NCBI GenBank assembly: GCA_026705925.1
Contig: JAPOZT010000015.1
Span: 123,144-187,143 of the forward strand
DNA length: 64,000 nucleotides
DNA from: Gemmatimonadota bacterium
Lineage (GTDB): Bacteria > JAAXHH01
Direction of reading: 5' to 3'
The position numbers and the translations under genes were made by a program. Position 1 is the stretch's first letter; each line of letters starts with the position of its first letter. Shown here piece after piece: positions 19,319 through 26,960 of the stretch. Under the pieces are notes generated by a model that searched no databases, was not told the DNA's origin, and saw nothing but the letters and a program-made list of their open reading frames with translations.

Positions 19319-20335
19319 TCACGGCCATTCCGGCTTTTGCGGCCGGCCGGTGCGGACGGACTCGAGCCCGGCCTCGCAAATAGCCACGACGCGGGCGCCC
19401 ATGCGGGCGGGAATCGGGTTTTCGATCCGGCCGTCGAGCGTGTCCAGGAAATCGATGACGGACCGGCCCCAGCCGTGACCGCCCACGGCGGCCTCGTCGG
19501 AGACGTTGGGCAGCGTCACGGGTTCCTCTCCCCTGCGGTACAGCTTTCCGTTCCAGAGCGTCCCTTCGGTGCCGTATACGGCCAGCATGCCGCCTCCCAT
19601 GCCGTGTCCGGAGCAGCCGCTGGAGACGAAAACCTTTCCGAGCACCCCGTTCTCGAACTTCAGCATAACGATATAGCAGTCGTCCGCGGGAAACTCGGGC
19701 ACGCTCATCTTGCTGCTGTAGGCGAAGACCTCGATGACCGGCGAGTCCACCGTGGACAGGATGTTGTCGATGGGATGGCAGCCGCCGCCCAGCAGGATGT
19801 TCTGCGGGTGCTGCCGGTCGATCCGCCACGGCGTGTGTCTGCCTTCGCCGGGCTGGTAAATGGACCACATGTCGTGGATGTAGTCGCCCTGGATGAAGAA
19901 GATCTCGCCGATTTCGCCCGATTGGGCGGCACGGGACATCTCTTGCCAGGGATGCATGTACCGGCTGGTATGATCCGTCATCACGTTCATGCCCGTCCGA
20001 TCGGCCGTCTCCATGACACGCCGGGCGTCGGCCACCGTCGTGGCCAGCGGCTTTTCCACCAGGGCGTGGGCGCCGAGTTCCAGGGCCAGGACGGTCTGTT
20101 CGGCGTGCAGGTGGTCCGGTCCGGCCACAGCGACGATTTCCGGCCGCGTATCCTCGATCAGCAATCCGAGGTCATCACCGGTAACCGCATCGGGGTAGCG
20201 TGCGCTGGCTGCCGCGAGCTGCACCCCGGACGGGTCGTAGAGGGCGGTCACCCGGGCGCGACCGCTCACTTCGGCAACCTGGGCCACGTAATTCCCCGCG
20301 CCGCCGCAGCCGCTCAGGAGTATGGAATAAGGCAT
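19319..20335 (-). CDS. Gfo/Idh/MocA family oxidoreductase
   Basis: GCGGAG, GPDHLHAE, HALVEKPLAT, LGGGCHPID. Confidence 0.9.
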   Translation of the reverse strand: MPYSILLSGCGGAGNYVAQVAEVSGRARVTALYDPSGVQLAAASARYPDAVTGDDLGLLIEDTRPEIVAVAGPDHLHAEQTVLALELGAHALVEKPLATTVADARRVMETADRTGMNVMTDHTSRYMHPWQEMSRAAQSGEIGEIFFIQGDYIHDMWSIYQPGEGRHTPWRIDRQHPQNILLGGGCHPIDNILSTVDSPVIEVFAYSSKMSVPEFPADDCYIVMLKFENGVLGKVFVSSGCSGHGMGGGMLAVYGTEGTLWNGKLYRRGEEPVTLPNVSDEAAVGGHGWGRSVIDFLDTLDGRIENPIPARMGARVVAICEAGLESVRTGRPQKPEWP

Positions 20336-20364
20336 GTCGTGGTGCCGGATTCAGCGGACGGATC

Positions 20365-21789
20365 TCACTTCACCTGCTCCAACCGTGTCCGGTACTTGTC
20401 GTACAGGTCCGTATGCTTGCTGCTGATGTCGACCGGCCGGCCGCGGATGAAGGCCTGTTCCACCCGGGTCATGATTTCGAGTGGGTCTCCAGTGGTCACG
20501 ATCAGTGTGGCATCCTTGCCCGACTCCAGGGAGCCGAGCCGGTCCTCCACCCCGAGGATACGGGCGGGGTAAAGGGTTACAGACTTGAGCGCTTCATCCT
20601 TCGGGAGGCCGTAGGCCGCCGCGGTGGCCGCGTGGTACGGAAGGTTCCGCACGTTTGAGGCGCCTCCGCCCTCGCCGATACAGAAGGCCAGCCCGGCCTC
20701 ATGCAGCTTCAGGGCATTGGTGAAAGGCGCGTCGTAGGCTTCCCAACGACGGGCGGGCAGGTAATGCACGGCGCTGATGATCACGGGAATATCGTTCTCC
20801 TGCAATCGGTCCGCCACACGCCAGACATCGGCGCCGCCGACCACGACGATCCTCAGGTCCTCGGCTAGCGCCCAGTCGATCGCGGCGTGGATCTGCTTCT
20901 CTTCAGATGCGTGAACGAAGACGGGCAGTTCCTTCCTTAGTACCGGGATCATGGACTCCCAGCCGAGGTCCGAGGGATGAAAGGGCCCGCCGCCGCGCTC
21001 GGCCTCCTTCGCGATCATGTACGCCCTGGTTTCACGAAAGGCGTCGCGAAGCCTGGCAAGGGCCGCCTGGCGATCCTTGATCTGCTCCTCCGGGCCGCCC
21101 AGGCCGGGAATGTCGCGAACGCGGTAGGATGGCCATCGAACGTGAAGCCCCACCGTCGCGACAATGGTCATTTCCTCGGTGGTCCATCCGTCCATCGCGA
21201 TCAGCCCGGAAAGACCGGAGATCAGTCCCCCGCCCGGCATGGTCAGGGCGGTCAGGATCCCGTTGGCCCGGGCGACCGGGAAGTATTCGCTGTCGGGATT
21301 CACGGCGGTCACCGCGCGGACGCTGGGGGTCACGTTCCCGGTTTCGATATGGTCCTGGGTCGCCCACACCGAGCCGATCTCGGTGAGGCCGAGGGTCGTC
21401 GGTGCGGCGATCAGGCCGGGATACACATGTTTCCCGGTAACGTCGATCACCCGGGTGTTTTCGGGCAGGGCCAGGTCGATTCCGATACCGGTAATGACGC
21501 CGGACTCGAAAAGCACCGTGGCGCCCTCGATGACGCTGCCGCTTACCGTGTGGACCGTCCCGCCGGCCAGCGCGATGGGCTGTACCTGCGGCCCGGCCGG
21601 TTTCTGCTTGGAAGCCGCCGCTTCGTGGACCAGGGGTCCGAAGGCGAGTCCCGATATCAGCAAAAGAAACATCAACGGGACCGCGGTCCGCATCCGCCGC
21701 GTACCGGCAGCGGTCCGCATCCGCCGCGTACCGGCAGCGGTTTTCGCCGACGGGGACGTCCCCTGTGATGCATGGGGTGATGCCACCAT
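20365..21789 (-). CDS. Secreted amidohydrolase-family protein (imidazolonepropionase-like), HxH metal motif missing
   Basis: IDVTGKHVYPGLI, TLGLTEI, RNLPYHAATAAAYGL, LGSLESGKDAT; signal-like segment. Confidence 0.85.
   Translation of the reverse strand: MVASPHASQGTSPSAKTAAGTRRMRTAAGTRRMRTAVPLMFLLLISGLAFGPLVHEAAASKQKPAGPQVQPIALAGGTVHTVSGSVIEGATVLFESGVITGIGIDLALPENTRVIDVTGKHVYPGLIAAPTTLGLTEIGSVWATQDHIETGNVTPSVRAVTAVNPDSEYFPVARANGILTALTMPGGGLISGLSGLIAMDGWTTEEMTIVATVGLHVRWPSYRVRDIPGLGGPEEQIKDRQAALARLRDAFRETRAYMIAKEAERGGGPFHPSDLGWESMIPVLRKELPVFVHASEEKQIHAAIDWALAEDLRIVVVGGADVWRVADRLQENDIPVIISAVHYLPARRWEAYDAPFTNALKLHEAGLAFCIGEGGGASNVRNLPYHAATAAAYGLPKDEALKSVTLYPARILGVEDRLGSLESGKDATLIVTTGDPLEIMTRVEQAFIRGRPVDISSKHTDLYDKYRTRLEQVK
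21683..21741. repeat. 27-bp in-frame tandem duplication
   Basis: GCGGTCCGCATCCGCCGCGTACCGGCA x2; encodes TAAGTRRMR twice. Confidence 0.9.
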
Positions 21790-21828
21790 TTCCAGCCTCC
21801 ATTCGCCGGGATACCGGCTTGTACGGGC

Positions 21829-24819
21829 CTATGCCTCCGGCGCTCGATCTTCGGTCTCGGGCGATTCTTCATCTGTTTCGGGTGATCTGAGCAGTTTCTG
21901 AATCAGCCGGGTCCGTTCTTTTTCGACTTCGATCCGCATCTGCCGGTCCTCATCGATATCGAAGTACTTCCTTCCGTCGATCCACGTCTGTTCGCACTTC
22001 GTGTAGGTGGACAGGGGATGGCCGTTCCAGATCACGAAGTCGGCGTCCTTGCCCGGCTCGAGCGATCCGACCCAGGGATCGACGGCCAGTTGGACCGCCG
22101 CGTTTAATGTGACGAACTTCAGGGCTTCCACCTCGTCCACCCCGCCGTACTTCACCGCCTTGGCGGCTTCCGTGTTCAGGCGCCGGGCGAGTTCATTGCT
22201 GTCGGAGTTGAAGGTGACCAGCACGCCCGCGTCGTGCATCAACGCCCCGTTGTGGGGTATGGCGTCGTAGGCTTCCACCTTGAAGGCCCACCAGTCGCTG
22301 AAAGCGGACGCGCCCGCGCCGTGGGCGGCCAGCTCCGGCGCGACCTTGTATCCCTCCAGCACGTGCTGAAAGGTACCGATCGTGAACCTGAAGTCTTCGG
22401 CCACCCGCAGGAGCATCAGGATCTCGTCCTGGCGATAGGAATGGCAGTGGACGAGGCGCTCACCGGTGAGGATTTCCTGCAGCGTTTCCAGTTCAAGATC
22501 CCGGCGGGGCGGCACGACGTCGGACCTGTTCGCCAGCGCCTCGTATCTGTCCCATGCCTGCTGATACTCACTGGCTGCCCGGAACCGGTCGCGGATGATC
22601 TGCTCGACCCCCATGCGGCTCTGCGGATAGCGGTCGCTGAGAACGCGCCAGTTGCTGCGCTTGACGTTCTCGCCCAGGGCGAACTTGATCCCCGCCTTGG
22701 CCTCGGAGAATTTGAGCTGCTCGGGACCGACGCCCCACCTCAGCTTGATGATCTGGTTCTTGCCCCCGATGGGATTGGCCGAACCGTGCAGCACGTTGGC
22801 TACCGTGAGCCCTCCGGCCAGTTCCCGGTACATGGCGATATCGTAGCTGTCGATCACGTCTCCGATGCCCACCTCGGCGGTCACGGCCTGCGTCCCTTCG
22901 TTAATGCCCTCCAGGATAGCCGTGTGCGAGTGGGCGTCGATGATGCCGGGCGTGACGTGCTTGCCGGTGCCGTCGATCTCCACGGCGCCGTCCGGCACTG
23001 TGATGCCCGTGCCGACGTCCGCGATCTTTCCTTCGCGGATCAACACGTCCGCGTTCTCCAGCTTGCCTCGCTCGTCCAGTGTCCACACCGTGGCGTTCCG
23101 GACGACGAGATGTTCCGGTTGTGACGGTACGCTTTCCCTGCCGAAGGCGCCCGGAGGGAACAGCGCTGCAGGTTCAGCCACATCGCCCGGCGCGGGTATG
23201 TCTTTCGTTTCCGCCTCCCTGGTTGCGGTGCGTTCGGCCGACCAGACCACGCTTTCGCCGCCGGGGCGGATCCCCCGACCGGTGATCCGGTCTCCCTGGA
23301 TCGAACCCGAGAAACGCCATACGCCGGCTTCTCCCAGTGCCTCATCCTCCACGCTGAAGGCGATACGTGCGTCTTCCAATGTCATGCGGTCGGCCTTCAT
23401 GGCGTTCCCGCCCGTGTCGAGGGTACCCTTGGGCGCTCCCGGTGCGCCTTCGATGGACAGCGACAGGCTGTCACCCTGCAGGACGGCCAACCATGCGCCC
23501 CGGGGATCGATGACCGGCCGGGGAGTGACCACGTGGCGGTTGCCCGCGACCCAGACGTCCTGTACCTTCACGTTCTCCGCGAAGAGGGGGCCGTCGGTAA
23601 TGGTCATGTTGGCCAGCTTGCCGGGATCCAGTGTACCGAGGCGGTTGCCCAGTCCGAGCATGGCCGCGGGCGTCGTGGTCAACGCGGCCAGCGCCGCTTC
23701 ATATGCCAGCCCGTGCTCGATCGCCTCACGCACCTTTTCGTGAAAGTCGGCGCCTTTGTCCAGCCGCGTACTGCTCAGCGCGATGGAGATTCCGGCCCGG
23801 TACAGCCTTCCGGGATTCCCGGGCGCCATTTCCCAGTGCCGCAGTGCGGCCAGGGTGACGTCCAGGGCGTCTTCCGGCGTGGAAACGGAGAAATCGTCCG
23901 ACCGGGGAAAATCGAGAGGCAGGATGACGGGCGCACCCGCTTCGCGGACCGCGTCCAGCATACGGTATTCGTGTCCGCTGCCCCGCACGACGAGCCGCAA
24001 TCCGAATTCATCGGCCAGCCGGGCGGCGCGTAGGAAGGCGTGGTCGTCGTCGACACTCATGAGCACGGCCTGGCCGCGGGCGGCCACCCTGTCCAGCGCC
24101 GCCAGCGCGTCATTGTCCTCCGGACGGTCCTGCCGGGGATTCGCGGCGTAGGCCGCGTGGGCGTCCCGGTACCACTGCGCGTCGATGATCGTCTGCCGCA
24201 TGAGGGCTACGACGCCCATCATGGAAGCCGGATAGGTGCGGTCCCGGTTTCGTTTCATGCGCAGGTGCTGAAAGACGTCACGCTTCAGTATGTTCTCGTT
24301 GGGGGATCCCGATCCAAGGTTGACGACCGCGCTGCTGCCCGCGAACACCCCCCGGTCGGCGACGACCATGGCCGCCGCGAATCCCGTATTCCTCAACCGT
24401 TCGATTTCGGTCTCGCTGACGCGGTACGCTTCGGCGGCGGAACGCTCCGGGCGGACGGCAGGGTTCCAGTAGGTTGAACCCGAGGACTGGCTCCTTTCCT
24501 CTTCAGGCAGTCCGGCCTGTGTAAACATCTCGATCAAACCGGGATAAATCGTCTGGCCGGAGTAGTCCCAGCGCTGGGCATCCGGCGGGATGTCGACAGA
24601 GGCGCCCGCCTCGACGATCAGCCCGTCCCTTATGACCACGACCCCTTTTTCGATCACGAGATCGGGGCGGACGTATATCCGGGCGTTTTCCAGGGCGTGT
24701 ACCCGCGAAAGGTTCTCCCGCAATCCCGCCTGCGGCGCCGTCTGCTGGGCCTCCGCCGGGAGGGTGACGATACCGGCCAGCAGCGCCGCTGGGATCAGTT
24801 TCCAACCGATTTTAAACAT
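21829..24819 (-). CDS. Secreted two-domain amidohydrolase-family protein
   Basis: Sec signal (AEA-Q); two amidohydrolase barrels; second has TPGIIDAHSH, HCHSYRQDEI, FQHVLEGYK, FSDWW, NSD. Confidence 0.9.
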   Translation of the reverse strand: MFKIGWKLIPAALLAGIVTLPAEAQQTAPQAGLRENLSRVHALENARIYVRPDLVIEKGVVVIRDGLIVEAGASVDIPPDAQRWDYSGQTIYPGLIEMFTQAGLPEEERSQSSGSTYWNPAVRPERSAAEAYRVSETEIERLRNTGFAAAMVVADRGVFAGSSAVVNLGSGSPNENILKRDVFQHLRMKRNRDRTYPASMMGVVALMRQTIIDAQWYRDAHAAYAANPRQDRPEDNDALAALDRVAARGQAVLMSVDDDHAFLRAARLADEFGLRLVVRGSGHEYRMLDAVREAGAPVILPLDFPRSDDFSVSTPEDALDVTLAALRHWEMAPGNPGRLYRAGISIALSSTRLDKGADFHEKVREAIEHGLAYEAALAALTTTPAAMLGLGNRLGTLDPGKLANMTITDGPLFAENVKVQDVWVAGNRHVVTPRPVIDPRGAWLAVLQGDSLSLSIEGAPGAPKGTLDTGGNAMKADRMTLEDARIAFSVEDEALGEAGVWRFSGSIQGDRITGRGIRPGGESVVWSAERTATREAETKDIPAPGDVAEPAALFPPGAFGRESVPSQPEHLVVRNATVWTLDERGKLENADVLIREGKIADVGTGITVPDGAVEIDGTGKHVTPGIIDAHSHTAILEGINEGTQAVTAEVGIGDVIDSYDIAMYRELAGGLTVANVLHGSANPIGGKNQIIKLRWGVGPEQLKFSEAKAGIKFALGENVKRSNWRVLSDRYPQSRMGVEQIIRDRFRAASEYQQAWDRYEALANRSDVVPPRRDLELETLQEILTGERLVHCHSYRQDEILMLLRVAEDFRFTIGTFQHVLEGYKVAPELAAHGAGASAFSDWWAFKVEAYDAIPHNGALMHDAGVLVTFNSDSNELARRLNTEAAKAVKYGGVDEVEALKFVTLNAAVQLAVDPWVGSLEPGKDADFVIWNGHPLSTYTKCEQTWIDGRKYFDIDEDRQMRIEVEKERTRLIQKLLRSPETDEESPETEDRAPEA

Positions 24820-24891
24820 CGTTCACCTCCTGCAACCACGAAATATACTGTATTTGAAACCGACTGTTACACCGGTACTTACATGAATTTT

Positions 24892-25416
24892 CTACATCAA
24901 CAGTTCAGCGACTTTGTCCATCGCCTGGCCGACCCGGCCGGCGAGTCCGCTGTCGTCGAGCCGGCCGATGGGATGATCGATTTCGACGATCGGATAGTCA
25001 CCGCGACCGAGTTGCTCCGCCATCACCTGGGCGGTGTGCGTGAAGTTGGTCGTACACAGCAGTACGGACGGCAGTTCAAGGTGCTCCAGGATGAGGGCAT
25101 CGTGCATGCTGCACGCGCTGCAGGAGCCTCAGTCGCCGACGCCCACGAGGGCGAAATGGCAACGCCGCGCTATGAGATTGGTCATCTCCTCGGACAGCAC
25201 GCGGCTGGCGCTTTCCTTGGTGAATTCAAGCGCTTCCACGGGATGTTCCAGGCGCTTGCTCAACTCCCCGAAGACGCCGCGCAGGATGACATCGGAATTG
25301 GGCTTTCCGTTGCCCACCAGTGCGGCTACAGTGTGCCCGGGCCCGACCGGACGACGGGCCGGCCGAAGGACCGTTTCGGCGGCGGAGGTCGTGGGATCGA
25401 CGAGGGTAATTGGCAT
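24892..25416 (-). CDS. UGSC-family selenoprotein (174 aa; TGA at 25131-25129 read as Sec)
   Basis: ORFs 25129..25416 and 24892..25107 are in one frame joined by a single TGA: VGVGD-U-GSCSACSMHDALILE; upstream NGKPNSD motif typical of the family; hairpin follows the TGA. Confidence 0.85.
25083..25128 (-). promoter_or_regulatory. Putative bacterial SECIS element
   Basis: Immediately 3' of UGA: apical stem CGUGCA-GCA-UGCACG (loop G at +20), possible lower stem GCUCC/GGAGC. Confidence 0.6.
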
Positions 25417-25487
25417 GTTCCCTGCTCCGGGGGTCCGTGGGTTGCCGTCGGCCGCCGGCCGTCTGAACGGCGGCAACATCCAGGGCG

Positions 25488-26495
25488 CTATGTTCGGGAG
25501 ACCAGACGCGTCACAGGCCGCGATCCGACACCCCTGCCCGCGCCCAGCCAGGAGGGGATGATGGCGGAATGTCCGCCCGCCGAGCCTCCCGCGAAGACGA
25601 TCCAGATGCCGTTCCGGTCCGGCGTGAGCGTGATGCGTTCTTCGGGTCCCAGGTCGTCGTGACGGCCCGTTGCGTGGATTTCGCGCCCCGTGGCCGCGGT
25701 ACGTTCGAACAGCGCGTCCCGGATCGTATCGCGCGTCCACCCGGCCCTGGTTAAAACCGACCGGTGTTCCGGGCAGATGACGAAAACGATGGCGGCGCCG
25801 GCGTAGTTGGTCGTGCGGGCGACGCGCGCGAACGAGTCGATCAGGCCATCGGGTTCGTCGTTCACGTGGTCGGCCACGGAATGGGGGGCTTCAGCGGCAA
25901 ATACTGTTACGGCGCTGCGGTCCCCGGGAACACCCAATTCTTCGCCCTGGGTCGGCCAGCCGGCGCAACGCGCTTCGGGCAGGCAGTACGCGATGCGCCC
26001 GGCATGGGCTACCGTCGCTCGGTCCAGGTCTCCGGGCACGCTGCCGACTCCGTTTCGGATCACCAGGTTCAGGGCCCTGCCCAGCGTCAGATTGGACCGG
26101 TTGCCCGCGCCGAGTACCGCCGTCTCCGCATTGAAACCCAGTTCTCGCACGACCGGACCGTGTACGATGACCAGCGGCGCGGCGCCCCCCGTGCTGGCCG
26201 ATGGTCCGACGATGTTGAATGCCGGGTCCAGGACGGCTTCCACCGCGGCCAGGACCACGGGTAAAAGCGCGTCGGTGCAACCGGCCAACACCGCGTTGGC
26301 CGCGACCCGTTCCGCCGTGACGGTTCGCTTCCGTTCGGGCACCTGCCCGATTACCCGACCGGGCTCGAGTCCGTTTGCGTCCAGCATCCGGTCGATGCGT
26401 TCGCGGGTGGGCGGCACGACGGGCAGGCCGTCCGACCAGCCCCGGTCATAGGCGTACTCGATGGCATCGATTTCTGATTCGACCTGGTGGGCCAT
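25488..26495 (-). CDS. Conserved hypothetical protein of the GW(S/T)DGLP(V/I)VPPT family, usual neighbour of UGSC proteins
   Basis: GWSDGLPVVPPT, VAANAVLAGC, STGGAAP, GNRSNLTLGRALNL, AGGSAGGHS; ATG 26495 just after cytochrome stop. Confidence 0.82.
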   Translation of the reverse strand: MAHQVESEIDAIEYAYDRGWSDGLPVVPPTRERIDRMLDANGLEPGRVIGQVPERKRTVTAERVAANAVLAGCTDALLPVVLAAVEAVLDPAFNIVGPSASTGGAAPLVIVHGPVVRELGFNAETAVLGAGNRSNLTLGRALNLVIRNGVGSVPGDLDRATVAHAGRIAYCLPEARCAGWPTQGEELGVPGDRSAVTVFAAEAPHSVADHVNDEPDGLIDSFARVARTTNYAGAAIVFVICPEHRSVLTRAGWTRDTIRDALFERTAATGREIHATGRHDDLGPEERITLTPDRNGIWIVFAGGSAGGHSAIIPSWLGAGRGVGSRPVTRLVSRT

Positions 26496-26503
26496 CGGGA
26501 CCG

Positions 26504-26896
26504 CTACCTGCCGTAGTAGTTTTCGAGATAGGTCAGGATGGTATCTTCGGTCTTGCTGTCGAATGTCTTCAGGCCCTTCTCCGCCTGCATCCAACGGATG
26601 GCGTCCAGCCACTCCTCGCGGTTCGCCCGGTACGAGCGGATGATCTGGGTCGGATGGCACTGAGCGCATTCCCGTTCCACAACGGGGTAGCCGTCGCCCA
26701 TGATCAGCCGGGTCCGGTGATTCAGTTCCAGTCCGGTTCGGGGATCGAACATCGCCACCGGCCTGGCCGCCTCGGCCCGGGCGTTGGCCAGTGCGACTTT
26801 CGATCGTTCCGCTTCGTAGTAGATCACGCCGATCACGAGGGCATCGAGGACGATCACGAAGGCGATCTGGCCAAGGACGCGCATAAACCTATTCAT
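26504..26896 (-). CDS. Membrane-anchored monoheme cytochrome c (SorB-like family)
   Basis: N-terminal TM helix; CAQCH heme motif; DPRTGL, REEWLDAIRWMQ..KGL, ILTYLENYY; AGGAG RBS. Confidence 0.85.
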   Translation of the reverse strand: MNRFMRVLGQIAFVIVLDALVIGVIYYEAERSKVALANARAEAARPVAMFDPRTGLELNHRTRLIMGDGYPVVERECAQCHPTQIIRSYRANREEWLDAIRWMQAEKGLKTFDSKTEDTILTYLENYYGR

Positions 26897-26960
26897 GTGC
26901 GACTCCTGTGTACGACTCCTGTGTGTTCATTGGGATCGGCTCAACTGGGCCGGCGGGATG

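Noticed and set aside
24892..25416. Interpretation as a nonsense-mutated pseudogene or two small genes
   Set aside because: The TGA falls exactly at the U of the UGSC motif and is followed by a SECIS-like hairpin, so recoding is more parsimonious (still unverified)
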